DNA of 64,000 nt. Origin: Candidatus Omnitrophota bacterium. GTDB taxonomy: Bacteria > Omnitrophota > Gorgyraeia > Zapsychrales > JANLHA01. The position numbers and the translations under genes were made by a program. The stretch lies in assembly GCA_040753435.1 (NCBI GenBank), contig JBFMEN010000058.1, positions 18,817-82,816 on the forward strand, read 5' to 3'. Below the pieces are notes generated by a model. It ran no database searches, was not told the origin of the DNA, and saw only the letters and a program-made list of their open reading frames with translations. Shown here in pieces: positions 45,666 through 55,821 of the stretch; the stretch's first letter is position 1, and each line of letters opens with the position of its first letter.

Positions 45666-46883
45666 ATGGATAAACTGACCAACCCGATCAAATATCTCGG
45701 CAATGAACTGGAGTACTTGAAAAAGGTCCTGGAGTCCGAAAGCTGGTCGGCGACCGCAGGCAGCTGGAACCGGGTTTTTGAAAAGGCCTTTGCTGAAAAA
45801 TGCGGGGTCCAATACGCTGTGGCGATGAATTCGGGCACTTCAACCCTTCATGCTGCTCTGGAAGCGGCGGGGGTTGGGCCAGGAGATGAAGTGATCTCTC
45901 CGGCTTTGACTGTTTTCATGAATACATCTTCCACCATTCATGCCAACGCTGTTCCTGTTTACGCAGATATCGATCCTCTGACATGGACAATCGATCCAAA
46001 GGATGTGGTTAAAAAAATTACCGCAAAGACAAAAGCCATTATGCCCGTCGCGCTTTATGGCCTCCCTCCTGATATGGATCCGATAATGGAATTGGCAGAC
46101 AAGCATGGTCTGGTCGTGATAGAAGATAACGCGCAGTGTTTCGGGAGTCTTTATAAGGGCAGAAAGACCGGTACCATCGGGCACATGGCAAGTTACAGTT
46201 TTGAAAATACAAAACATATTTCCTGCGGAGAAGGCGGCGCCGTTATTACCAATGATGAAATTTTAGCGGAAAAAGTGAGAAAGGTCGGAGGGCATGGATT
46301 CAAGAATTTAACTGCCTCAGAGGGGAGAGTCCGTTTGAGGGCTGAAGAGTTCCAGCATCCGGATTATAAAAGGCACAGTGAATTGGGGTGGAATTACCGT
46401 TTACCCGAATTTAACGCGGCCGTGGCCCTGGCCCAGCTGGAACGCGTTGATGAGCTTGTCCGGTTGCGGATAGAATCCGCCAATATGTTCATTGACGTGA
46501 TGAGGGAGTGTGACTTTTTGAAGCCGCAAGCGGAGCCGGACGGATATACCAATACATATTACACTCTCGGAGTTCTTTATGAAGGAGAGGAAAAACTTGG
46601 GGTCTCCTGGAAAGAATTCAGAAAAAGGTATGTTGATATGGGAGGAGACGGTATCTATGGCGCATGGAGTGTGCCGTATCTCGAACCCGTGATGGTTAAC
46701 AGGACTTATGTGAAACGTTGTCCATGGGTGTATGAACGCGTTCGATACGGAAAGGGGTTGTGCCCAACGGCTGAACGGATTCAGCCCAGACTGATGCAGT
46801 TCAAGACAAATTACAGGGATCTGGATCTGGCCAGACAAAAGGCCGATATTTTAAAAAGACTTATTCGGGAATTAAAAAAGTAA
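45666..46883 (+). CDS. DegT/DnrJ/EryC1/StrS-family PLP-dependent sugar aminotransferase
   Basis: …YAVAMNSGTSTLHAALEAAGVGPGDEVISPALTVF… and an active-site region around …SFENTKHISCGEGGAV…. Confidence 0.8.
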   Translation: MDKLTNPIKYLGNELEYLKKVLESESWSATAGSWNRVFEKAFAEKCGVQYAVAMNSGTSTLHAALEAAGVGPGDEVISPALTVFMNTSSTIHANAVPVYADIDPLTWTIDPKDVVKKITAKTKAIMPVALYGLPPDMDPIMELADKHGLVVIEDNAQCFGSLYKGRKTGTIGHMASYSFENTKHISCGEGGAVITNDEILAEKVRKVGGHGFKNLTASEGRVRLRAEEFQHPDYKRHSELGWNYRLPEFNAAVALAQLERVDELVRLRIESANMFIDVMRECDFLKPQAEPDGYTNTYYTLGVLYEGEEKLGVSWKEFRKRYVDMGGDGIYGAWSVPYLEPVMVNRTYVKRCPWVYERVRYGKGLCPTAERIQPRLMQFKTNYRDLDLARQKADILKRLIRELKK

Positions 46884-46892
46884 AAGGAACAT

Positions 46893-47948
46893 ATGTTCGA
46901 TATCGGATTTTATCAGAAAATTTATGATTTAAAATACCGTCTGATGGGCGGGGAAAAGGTCGGCCGTGATTTTCTGTGGGAGATGCTGGAACAGAGCCGT
47001 TCCAGAACGCCGGTAGTTTATAATATTGAAACGACGAACGCCTGTAACATGAAATGCGCGATGTGTCCCCGGACAACGATGATGACCCGCAAGATAGAGA
47101 CAATGTCTCTGGGCCTCTTTGAGAAAGTCGTTGATCAGCTTTCGGCGTTTTCAAATGATGAATGGGGGCGCTGGCAGGACTTCGCGGAAGCAAAGTACAA
47201 GGTCAGCCGTCAGGGAATGAGCGAAAACCATTTCTTTCTTTATGTGATCCCCAAAGTAATCGTGCTGCATGGTTATGGGGATCCGTTGCTAGATAAATAT
47301 ATGCCTGAAAGGGTGAAGATGCTGACGGAGAGGGGAATAGAGTCATATTTCAGCTGCAATCCGGCCAACATCAGTATTGATAAAACTCTTGAGATGTTTG
47401 AGAACGGATTGGGCTATATTAAATATTCGGTTGAGAGTGTTGACGACATGAAACATAAAAAGATCAGGGGAGAGGCTTCTGATTTCTCTAAAAGTTATGA
47501 AAAGATATGCCGTTTGCTGAAATACAAGAAGGACAAAATGTATAAGACCGCGATTGTGATTACCATGCTTAACCTTTATGGAAAAAATCAGGAGGCGGAG
47601 TTCGTGGAGCTTAAGAAAGCGTTTGAAGGCCAGGATGTGTATCTCTATTTAAAAAGTCAGGATCAGCAATGGTATCAGAAAGAATATTACGGAACGAAAT
47701 CGATTCACTGGCTTGAATTCTGTCAGTTCCCCTGGTCATCTATGACGGTCAAATCAAATGGCGAAGCCGCCATGTGCGTCGAAGATTTCAACAATGAAAT
47801 TATTTTGGGGGATTGCGGCCGCGAAACCCTGGCAGATATCTGGAACGGGCCGCGTTATGAGCGGCTGAGGAGAGACCATTTTAATAAAACCCCGGGGATT
47901 AAGTGCACCGAGCAATGCGATATGAAATTATTTAACAGTTGTTTTTAA
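46893..47948 (+). CDS. Radical SAM / SPASM-type domain enzyme embedded in the sugar pathway
   Basis: TTNACNMKCAMCPRTT is the CxxxCxxC cluster. The C-terminal Cys-rich segment (…AAMCVED…GDCG…CTEQCDM) is an auxiliary-cluster/SPASM-like region. Confidence 0.65.
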   Translation: MFDIGFYQKIYDLKYRLMGGEKVGRDFLWEMLEQSRSRTPVVYNIETTNACNMKCAMCPRTTMMTRKIETMSLGLFEKVVDQLSAFSNDEWGRWQDFAEAKYKVSRQGMSENHFFLYVIPKVIVLHGYGDPLLDKYMPERVKMLTERGIESYFSCNPANISIDKTLEMFENGLGYIKYSVESVDDMKHKKIRGEASDFSKSYEKICRLLKYKKDKMYKTAIVITMLNLYGKNQEAEFVELKKAFEGQDVYLYLKSQDQQWYQKEYYGTKSIHWLEFCQFPWSSMTVKSNGEAAMCVEDFNNEIILGDCGRETLADIWNGPRYERLRRDHFNKTPGIKCTEQCDMKLFNSCF

Positions 47949-47968
47949 AGTAATAACCGGAGAAAAAA

Positions 47969-48829
47969 ATGAAATTTTCGGAACTCAAAAGTTTGTATCT
48001 TATTGCAGAGATCGGGATTAATCATAACGGCGATATGCAGATCGCCAAGAAACTGATCGATGCCACTCATGCATGTTCATGGCACTGCGTCAAGTTTCAA
48101 AAACGTAATCCGGACGTATGCGTTCCGGAAGATCAAAAGAATGTAATGAGGGATACGCCCTGGGGACGAATGACATATCTGGAATACAAGTACCGCATGG
48201 AGTTCGGTAAGGAGGAGTACGATTACATTGACAAGTACTGCCGTGAAAAGCCCATCTCCTGGACGGCATCGGTATGGGATATGGACAGCCTCGGGTTTCT
48301 TTTGAATTACGATGTCCCGTTCATAAAGATCCCGTCCGCTCATTTGACGAACAAAGAGATGCTGGAGGCGTGCGGGAAGTCGGGCAAATCAATAATCCTC
48401 TCAACCGGGATGTCCACTCTCGATGAAATCGATTCGGCCGTGGATCTTTTAAGAAAACTCGATGTGGACTTTTTGCTGATGCACACTAATTCCAGTTATC
48501 CCACGCCCACCAATGAATTAAATCTTAACTGTATCAAAACTTTACGTGAACGATACGGCTGTGAGATCGGCTACAGCGGGCATGAGTATGGTTTGGAACC
48601 GACTGTTTTTGCCGCTGTTCTCGGAGCGAAAGTCATCGAGCGCCATATTACTCTCGATCATGAAATGTGGGGGACCGATCAGAAGGCCAGTATCGCTCCT
48701 ATGGGCATGGATATGCTTTATAAGCGTATCAGAGATGTTTCGGCCATTTTAGGGGATGGCCTGAAAAGGGTCACGGAGAGTGAGATTTCCGTCATTCAGC
48801 GGTTGAGAGGAAATACCATTAAAAAATGA
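47969..48829 (+). CDS. NeuB-family nonulosonic/ulosonic acid synthase (PEP-condensing), no C-terminal SAF domain
   Basis: LIAEIGINHNGDMQIAKKLIDA…VKFQ…YSGHEYGLEPTVFAAVLGAKVIERHITLD is colinear with the NeuB catalytic TIM barrel. It ends at 286 aa. Confidence 0.8.
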   Translation: MKFSELKSLYLIAEIGINHNGDMQIAKKLIDATHACSWHCVKFQKRNPDVCVPEDQKNVMRDTPWGRMTYLEYKYRMEFGKEEYDYIDKYCREKPISWTASVWDMDSLGFLLNYDVPFIKIPSAHLTNKEMLEACGKSGKSIILSTGMSTLDEIDSAVDLLRKLDVDFLLMHTNSSYPTPTNELNLNCIKTLRERYGCEIGYSGHEYGLEPTVFAAVLGAKVIERHITLDHEMWGTDQKASIAPMGMDMLYKRIRDVSAILGDGLKRVTESEISVIQRLRGNTIKK

Positions 48830-50313
48830 AAGAAAAAAGAGATTTTATAGTGATCGGATTAGGCAATATTCTGCATACTCTGATAGTATTCGCCTCGATC
48901 CGTTTAATGACATTTTTCCTTTCGCCAAAAGAGATGGGGGAATATTCATTATTTTATGCTTTCGGCACCATGTTTTTTTCATTGTTCATTGTTCCGGCGT
49001 CACTTTACATGCAGCGAAAGGTATTGGAATGGGCGGAAGCCGGCACACTCGCGGCGTATACTCAAAAGTTTTTGATTTATCTTTCAGCCGTCGGGATTTT
49101 ATCCGGGGCCCTGGCAGTCTTGATAAAAATTGTATTTGATATTGCCCTGCCTTTTTCTAACAGCACGTTTTTTATCCTGGTGAGCGCGGTCACTGTTTTC
49201 ATGAACGGCAACGCTTTTTTTTTCAGCACGTTCAATCTGTTTCAGATGCGGTTCAAATATGTGATATTTTCTTCGTTGACGGCCCTGTTCATTTTTATCG
49301 GAGGTGCAGTTTTCGTATTTTCCTTCGGCAGAAATTCTTTTAACTGGATATCCGGCCAGGTTGTCGGTCATCTTTTGATGATGGCGTTAAGCGGCATCCT
49401 TTTTTTCCGTTTTATATCATCAAAAGAGAGCAGGAAAGGTCTATGGACATGGTCGCGAAATAAAGAAGATATTTCTGGTTTTTTAACTTTTGTTTTTCCA
49501 GTCGTAGCCGGAAGTTTTGTTCTGTGGATTCAAAGCGAATCTTACCGGTTTTTCCTTGGAAGGTTGGCGGGAGTAGAAATGCTGGGGCTTTTTTCTGTAG
49601 GCTTCACCATGGCCAACCGGGTGGTTGAAAAGTTTGATACACAGTTCTCCAATTTTTATAATCCGATTTTTTATAAAGATATTATTGCCAATGACAGTGA
49701 TGAGCAGAAGATAAAGGCATGGGCCAATTACGCTCAAATGTACATCCCCTCGATCTTGATCGCCGTGCTGTTCGTCTTTTCTTCTGCGTCTTTGCTGGAA
49801 AAGATCCTCATCGACCCGCAGTATCACGGGGTTTCCGTAGAAACAATCCGCTGGGGAAGTGTGGTCATGGGACTTTTTTCTCTTTTGTCGTTGTACCGGA
49901 TGATCGGTATCGCCAAATTAAAAATGGAAGGAATTCTTATCCCCTATATTCTTGGCGCTGCCGTGATGACTTTTTCCATCGTTTTTCTGGCGCCTCTTGC
50001 GCCTGTCACGGGAACAGGCTTTTCAATGGCGGCAGGCGCCTTTGTCTCTACCTTCACATTGCATATTGAAATGAAGAAGATCCTTCCCGTAAGGTTTCCA
50101 AAGAAGATGTTATTGAAGACATCGCTTTTTTCCGTCCCGCTGATCAGTTATTTAATGATTGATTCCTGTGTTCCTAAAGATCTCATCAGTTGTTTGTTTT
50201 TCCTGATCGTTTTGGGAGGATATACGGCGTTTTCCATTTTCTATCTTACAAACAATGAAATCAGTTCAAGAAATCTTAAAAATAATGCGGATTTAATAAA
50301 GGTGGCGCAGTGA
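48826..50313 (+). CDS. Wzx-type polysaccharide/oligosaccharide flippase (MOP superfamily)
   Basis: About 12-14 TM helices; the N-terminal segment …LGNILHTLIVFASIRLMTFFLSPKEMGEY… is typical of PST-family flippases. Confidence 0.65.
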   Translation: MKEKRDFIVIGLGNILHTLIVFASIRLMTFFLSPKEMGEYSLFYAFGTMFFSLFIVPASLYMQRKVLEWAEAGTLAAYTQKFLIYLSAVGILSGALAVLIKIVFDIALPFSNSTFFILVSAVTVFMNGNAFFFSTFNLFQMRFKYVIFSSLTALFIFIGGAVFVFSFGRNSFNWISGQVVGHLLMMALSGILFFRFISSKESRKGLWTWSRNKEDISGFLTFVFPVVAGSFVLWIQSESYRFFLGRLAGVEMLGLFSVGFTMANRVVEKFDTQFSNFYNPIFYKDIIANDSDEQKIKAWANYAQMYIPSILIAVLFVFSSASLLEKILIDPQYHGVSVETIRWGSVVMGLFSLLSLYRMIGIAKLKMEGILIPYILGAAVMTFSIVFLAPLAPVTGTGFSMAAGAFVSTFTLHIEMKKILPVRFPKKMLLKTSLFSVPLISYLMIDSCVPKDLISCLFFLIVLGGYTAFSIFYLTNNEISSRNLKNNADLIKVAQ

Positions 50314-51296
50314 ACTGTGAATCTGCCATGGTTTCAATTATCATGCCTGTTTATAATGCACGGGCTTTCATCGCTGAAAGCATTGAATCTGTTTTGGGGC
50401 AGAGTTATGGCCATTGGGAATTGATCATTGTGGACGATTGCTCCCGGGATGATACCGTTCGTATTGCCCGGCGGTATGAGGATGTGGATTCACGGGTACG
50501 GGTCGTTACGTTAACCCAGAACAGCGGCCGGCCGGCTGTTGCGCGCAATCATGGTTTGCGGCTGGCCAGTGGGCAATATGCGGCATTTCTGGATGCCGAT
50601 GATCTCTGGAATCCCGGAAAGCTCAAGCGACAGGTGGAGTTCTTTCAGGATAAACCCGGGAAGGCCCTCGTCTTTGGGAAGTTCAGGGTTATGTGCAACG
50701 ATCCCCGTTTTGACGGTAAAGAGATTGGCCCGTCAAAGGGTATAAATTGGGAAAAATCGGTTTACGAACGTTTGTTAAAGTATGATTTTATTGTGAATTC
50801 TTCCGTCATGATCGATCTGACAAATATCGCGCAAGAAGAACATTTTTTCGATGAAGATCCGAAACTGGCTTTTGTTGAAGACTGGGATTTGTGGTTACGA
50901 ATAGCCAGGAACGGTCTTTTCGGCTATATTCCTGAAACATCAGGCATTTACCGGATGCACGGGGCAAATTTTTCATTGGGCCCGGCAAGGCTGGATCGTG
51001 CAATGGCCGTTGTCGATAAACACGTCGCCAAAGGTTTTGTTGACCACGTTGCCGCCGATCGCGCCAGGGCCAATATTTTGTTCACGGTTGCCTGGAGCAT
51101 TGTTGATCAGGATGCGTCAAAGGCCGGAAAATTATTCGGGAAGGCGATGCGCCTGGCCAAAGTGTTTTCAAAGATTTACTTGATGAACGCGCTCGGACGT
51201 TTTCTTGCATTATTTCCAGGTGTGTGCGTATGGATGAAGCAGAACTCAATTGACCGCAAGGTTGGAAAATTATTTTTTAACCACCAGGATTTATAA
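50310..51296 (+). CDS. Family 2 glycosyltransferase
   Basis: VSIIMPVYNARAFIAESIESVLGQSY…LIIVDDCSRDDT…FLDADD (DXD). Confidence 0.8.
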   Translation: MNCESAMVSIIMPVYNARAFIAESIESVLGQSYGHWELIIVDDCSRDDTVRIARRYEDVDSRVRVVTLTQNSGRPAVARNHGLRLASGQYAAFLDADDLWNPGKLKRQVEFFQDKPGKALVFGKFRVMCNDPRFDGKEIGPSKGINWEKSVYERLLKYDFIVNSSVMIDLTNIAQEEHFFDEDPKLAFVEDWDLWLRIARNGLFGYIPETSGIYRMHGANFSLGPARLDRAMAVVDKHVAKGFVDHVAADRARANILFTVAWSIVDQDASKAGKLFGKAMRLAKVFSKIYLMNALGRFLALFPGVCVWMKQNSIDRKVGKLFFNHQDL

Positions 51297-51298
51297 CC

Positions 51299-52024
51299 AT
51301 GACGGATTATAAAGAATATCTTTCACAAATAAGGTTTAATTTTCTTCAACCGCATCATGTCGTTCCGGAAAAGGCCCATAAGATTTTTTCTTTGCTGTCT
51401 AAAACAGGAATCGACCTTGAGATGGCTAATACACGTTTGCCGGATCGGTCTCTTTTGTTAAAAGCAGGATTCAAAAAACTTTGCCGTATTCCCAGAATGT
51501 CGACCTTTGCCGTCGGTGCGCTTATTCAACGCGGCGTTTTTTTAATGCCGGAGGGAAGCGCGTTTGTTAATGTGGGAGTTTGGCATGGGTTTACCCTCTT
51601 GTCCGGGATGATGGGTAATCCGGACAAGAGATGCATCGGCATTGATAATTTTTCCGAGTTCGGCGGGCCGAGAGAAGAATTTTTAAAAAGATTTTCCAGG
51701 CACAAGAGCGACAGGCATTTTTTTTATGAAGAGGATTATCGCGTGTATTTTACAAAGCATCATCAGGATCCCATCGGCTTTTATATTTATGATGGAGAGC
51801 ACAGTTATCAGAATCAGCTGGAAGGCCTGAAGGCCGCGGAACCTTTTTTGTGCAAAGGGGCCGTGATCCTGGTCGATGACACGAATTGGCCGGAACCCTA
51901 TCAGGCAAGTCTCGATTTTATCAGGCAAAGCCGGTATCGATATGAGGTGCTGTTCGATCAAAAGACAGCGGTTAAGACCCATCCGACTTTCTGGAATGGT
52001 ATTTTTATCTTTCGCAGATTATAG
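51299..52024 (+). CDS. TylF/MycF-like class I SAM-dependent (O-)methyltransferase
   Basis: …VNVGVWHGFTLLSG…FYIYDGEHSYQNQLEGLKAAEPFLCKGAVILVDDTNW…. Confidence 0.6.
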   Translation: MTDYKEYLSQIRFNFLQPHHVVPEKAHKIFSLLSKTGIDLEMANTRLPDRSLLLKAGFKKLCRIPRMSTFAVGALIQRGVFLMPEGSAFVNVGVWHGFTLLSGMMGNPDKRCIGIDNFSEFGGPREEFLKRFSRHKSDRHFFYEEDYRVYFTKHHQDPIGFYIYDGEHSYQNQLEGLKAAEPFLCKGAVILVDDTNWPEPYQASLDFIRQSRYRYEVLFDQKTAVKTHPTFWNGIFIFRRL

Positions 52025-52044
52025 GATCAAACCAGGGAAGCTGA

Positions 52045-53199
52045 ATGAAAATCCTCGTTGTTCATAACCAGTATCTTTTTCCAGGGGGAGAGGACCAAAT
52101 CGTAACTTCAGAGACGGATCTGCTTAAGCGCATGGGGCATGAAGTCATCGTTTATACCAGGGCGAATGAGGAGGCCAGGAAAAAACCGGTCCGTGCCTTG
52201 ATAGAAGGGCTATTAGGGTCGCGAAAGACTTATCAGGACCTGGCCGCGTTGATTAAAGAACACCGCCCTGATGTGGCGCATATCCACAATCCTTTTTTTA
52301 TGATGACGGCTTCCGCATATGAAGCGTGTTTTGATTGCAGTGTCCCCGTCGTTCAAAGTCTTCATAATTACCGTTTCCTTTGCGCCAACGGGCTTTTGTT
52401 TTATAAGGGAAAGGTTTGCGATAAATGTCTGTCGGGAAATTATCGTCAGGCTGTTTTTTCCCGTTGTGTTCATGGTTCTCTTTTAAAGACGGCCGTTTTT
52501 AAAGGAGTTTTAAGAGTCTATCGAAAGCGGAAGATTTTACAAAAGATCAGCAGGTTTATCGCTCCGAGCAAGTTTTGTAAGGAGCTCTACTGCAGTTATG
52601 CAGGACTTGATCAGGCAAAGGTCATTGTTAAGCCTCATTTTGTTGAGGACCACGGATATTCTCAGGAACCGGGTGAGTATGCTTTATATGTTGGAGCCAT
52701 TCGCGAGTATAAAGGAGTGGAGATTCTATTGCGGGCGTGGCAGTCGGTTAAGTCGATTCCTTTAAAATTAGTCGGAGCTATTCCTTCCGGAAATATATTT
52801 TCAGAAGAGTTGATGAAACAGGAGAATGTCGAATTTCTTGGCGAATTGTCATTTAAAGAGACATTGGCGGTGATGCGGAAGGCATCATTTGTTATTGTTC
52901 CGTCGCTATGTTATGAGACGTTCAACCGCGTTATCATTGAAGCCTATGCTTTGGGGAAAACGGTCATTGCAAGCAACATCGGCGCCATTCGTGAACGGGT
53001 CGCTGACGGGGAAACAGGGCTGCTTTTTGAAACCGGCGATAGTGATGACCTTGCCAGGAAGATTGGAGAGTTAAAGGCAAATCCCGATCGTCTTAAGGTT
53101 TTCAGCGACAAGGCCCGGCGCGTTTATGAGCGCTTTTATACACCCCAGCGGAATTACGAGCAGTTGATGACCGTTTATCATCAAGCAACGGGAATGTGA
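52045..53199 (+). CDS. GT4-family (group 1) glycosyltransferase
   Basis: The C-terminal E…E motif region is ETFNRVIIEAYALGKTVIASNIGAIRERVADGETGLLFE. Confidence 0.8.
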   Translation: MKILVVHNQYLFPGGEDQIVTSETDLLKRMGHEVIVYTRANEEARKKPVRALIEGLLGSRKTYQDLAALIKEHRPDVAHIHNPFFMMTASAYEACFDCSVPVVQSLHNYRFLCANGLLFYKGKVCDKCLSGNYRQAVFSRCVHGSLLKTAVFKGVLRVYRKRKILQKISRFIAPSKFCKELYCSYAGLDQAKVIVKPHFVEDHGYSQEPGEYALYVGAIREYKGVEILLRAWQSVKSIPLKLVGAIPSGNIFSEELMKQENVEFLGELSFKETLAVMRKASFVIVPSLCYETFNRVIIEAYALGKTVIASNIGAIRERVADGETGLLFETGDSDDLARKIGELKANPDRLKVFSDKARRVYERFYTPQRNYEQLMTVYHQATGM

Positions 53200-53280
53200 T
53201 ACGGGAGGAATATTTTGATTATTATCCTGATTCTTGCTATTTTAATAATATTATTCATTTAAAATTAATCGAGGTTGTCA

Positions 53281-54702
53281 ATGGGACGTTTTGGAAAATT
53301 TTGTATCCGGATGATTTACATGTTGACTGACGCCTGTTTTGGCTATCTGGCGATCTTTCTTGCATGTTTAATCCGTTCTCACAAGGTCCCGTTTAATGTC
53401 AATCTGCATAGTGTTTTATTCGATGCGGAGAATCCGTTCAGACTTGTTTTTGCGTTGTGGCTTTTGATGGTCATTATTATAAACCGCGCCCATCGCTTAT
53501 ATCATACGGACCGGATGTCGAGTGAAATCAGTGAATTGCTGAAAGTCCTTCAGTCCAATTTCATCGGGATGGTGCTGGTTATCGTCGCCAGTTATCTTTT
53601 GAAAGTAGAGGGGCTTCCGAGAACGGTTGTAGCTATCGGATTCCTGTTGATGGCCCTGTTTTTTTCTCTGTGGCGGGTTATCAAGCGGTTTATCGTCGAA
53701 TCGCTTGTGATTCGAGGATACAATAACCGGAATGTTTTGATCATCGGCGCCGGCAAGGCGGGAAGAGGATTGAAGGAAGAAATCGAACGGTATCCTGGAA
53801 TGGGGCTGCGCGTGAAGGGATTCCTGGATGACGCTCCGGAACATGTTGATGAAGATCTGCGGGGCCTTGTTTTAGGGAAGATTATTGATTTTCGTCGTAT
53901 CGCAACCCAATATTTTATTGACCACGTCTTTGTGACGGCTTATCACACTGAAGAAGTTTTTTTAAAGCTGTTGCTGCAGGCCCGGAAATTCGGCATTGCG
54001 GTTGATGTCGTTCCATTTGGTTACCGCATGATTTCAGGGGATCTTGTGAAGCACAATATAGGATTTGTTCCGCTATTGTCATATTCTCCAAACGGAAAAG
54101 GCCAGCATAATATCGGGAAGAGAATTTTTGATTTGATCGTTGCGTGGTCAGGGTGTATCTTGCTGGCCGTCCCTTTTTTAGCGATCGGGATTCTTATTAT
54201 CCTTGATGGCGCCGGTCCTGTCTTTTATTTTTCTGAACGCTTCGGACGGGGAGGCAAGCGTTTTAAAATGATGAAGTTCCGGACCATGATTGTGGGTGCG
54301 GATCGGATGCAGGAAGAACTCCGGGAGCGAAATGAGGCGGATGGGCCCATTTTTAAAATGCGCGATGATCCGCGGGTGACCCGATTCGGAAAGTTTTTAA
54401 GGAAATACAGCCTGGATGAATTGCCGCAGCTTTTCAATGTCATTAAAGGAGACATGAGCCTCGTCGGCCCGAGACCGTTTCCTGTTGATCAGATTGAATC
54501 AAGTGATTTGCGCCAGTTGCGCCGTCTTGGTGTACGTCCCGGAATTACAGGCCTGTGGCAGGTGAAAGGACGAAGCGACGCTCCCTTCGGGCGGTTGCTT
54601 CGCTGGGACATCTGGTATATCAATAACTGGTCCTTTGGACTGGATTTAAGCATTCTCTGGCAAACAATCCCCGCCGTGGTTAAGGGAAGAGGAGCGTACT
54701 AA
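53281..54702 (+). CDS. Polyprenyl-phosphate sugar-1-phosphate transferase (WbaP/WcaJ-type initiating transferase)
   Basis: N-terminal TM helices and a Rossmann-like domain precede the C-terminal bacterial sugar-transferase domain (…[25 protein letters not shown]…SLVGPRP…PGITGLWQV). The ATG at 53281 is preferred over the track's TTG at 53275. Confidence 0.85.
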   Translation: MGRFGKFCIRMIYMLTDACFGYLAIFLACLIRSHKVPFNVNLHSVLFDAENPFRLVFALWLLMVIIINRAHRLYHTDRMSSEISELLKVLQSNFIGMVLVIVASYLLKVEGLPRTVVAIGFLLMALFFSLWRVIKRFIVESLVIRGYNNRNVLIIGAGKAGRGLKEEIERYPGMGLRVKGFLDDAPEHVDEDLRGLVLGKIIDFRRIATQYFIDHVFVTAYHTEEVFLKLLLQARKFGIAVDVVPFGYRMISGDLVKHNIGFVPLLSYSPNGKGQHNIGKRIFDLIVAWSGCILLAVPFLAIGILIILDGAGPVFYFSERFGRGGKRFKMMKFRTMIVGADRMQEELRERNEADGPIFKMRDDPRVTRFGKFLRKYSLDELPQLFNVIKGDMSLVGPRPFPVDQIESSDLRQLRRLGVRPGITGLWQVKGRSDAPFGRLLRWDIWYINNWSFGLDLSILWQTIPAVVKGRGAY

Positions 54703-54767
54703 ACTGCAGCGAAGAGCGAGAATCGAAGAGGGATAAGAAAAGAAGTTCTAAAGAAAGGAAAAGATCT

Positions 54768-55778
54768 ATGTCACAAAAAACCGCGCTGATTACCGGCGTT
54801 ACTGGCCAGGACGGATCTTATTTAACGGAATTTTTATTGAATCGAGGGTATAAAGTTTACGGGCTCATCCGGCGTTCGAGTTCTTTCAACACCGGAAGGA
54901 TCGATCATTTGTATCAGGATGTGCACATCAAGGATGCAAATTTGCGTCTTGTTTACGGCGATTTAAGCGATGCGAGTTCTTTGTCCCGTCTGCTGAAGGG
55001 TATCGACCCAGATGAGATCTACAATCTGGGCGCCCAAAGCCATGTGCGGGTAAGTTTCGATATCCCTGAATATACTGCGGATATTACAGCGTTAGGGACA
55101 ATCCGTTTGCTGGAGGCGATTCGCGACACCGGGATCAGAACTAAATTTTATCAGGCATCAAGTTCAGAGATGTTCGGCAAGGTTCAGGAAATTCCGCAAA
55201 AGGAGACGACACCTTTTTATCCACGCAGTCCTTATGGTGCGGCGAAGGTCTATGCCTATTGGATGACTGTGAATTACAGGGAGGCTTATAAGTTATTTGC
55301 CTGTAACGGCATCCTTTTTAATCACGAATCCCCAAGACGGGGGGAAACATTCGTTACCAGAAAAATTACCAAAGCGCTTGCCCGTATTAAACATGGGGTT
55401 CAGGACAAGTTGTATCTGGGAAATCTGGACGCGAAGAGAGATTGGGGCTATGCGGATGATTATGTCGAGGCTATGTGGTTGATGCTTCAAGCCGGTGAGC
55501 CGGATGATTATGTGATCGCCACGGGAGAGACACATTCTGTTCGTGAATTTTTACAAGAGGCCTTCGGGTATGCCGGACTGGACTGGAAGAAATATGTTGA
55601 AATCGATTCGAGATATTTGCGGCCGACCGAGGTTGACATTCTTATCGGTGACAGTACAAAAGCCCGGCAAAAGCTTGGATGGAAACCGCGTGTGGCTTTT
55701 AAAGAACTGGTCAAAATGATGGTTGAGGCGGACATGAGATCGGTCGAAAAAGAACTTTACGGGACGAAAAAGATGTAA
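54768..55778 (+). CDS. gmd: GDP-mannose 4,6-dehydratase
   Basis: [46 protein letters not shown]… is near-colinear with E. coli Gmd. Confidence 0.9.
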   Translation: MSQKTALITGVTGQDGSYLTEFLLNRGYKVYGLIRRSSSFNTGRIDHLYQDVHIKDANLRLVYGDLSDASSLSRLLKGIDPDEIYNLGAQSHVRVSFDIPEYTADITALGTIRLLEAIRDTGIRTKFYQASSSEMFGKVQEIPQKETTPFYPRSPYGAAKVYAYWMTVNYREAYKLFACNGILFNHESPRRGETFVTRKITKALARIKHGVQDKLYLGNLDAKRDWGYADDYVEAMWLMLQAGEPDDYVIATGETHSVREFLQEAFGYAGLDWKKYVEIDSRYLRPTEVDILIGDSTKARQKLGWKPRVAFKELVKMMVEADMRSVEKELYGTKKM

Positions 55779-55821
55779 AATCAGGCATTGCCTACCGTTG
55801 AAAGGAAGGGAATCTCTCTCT

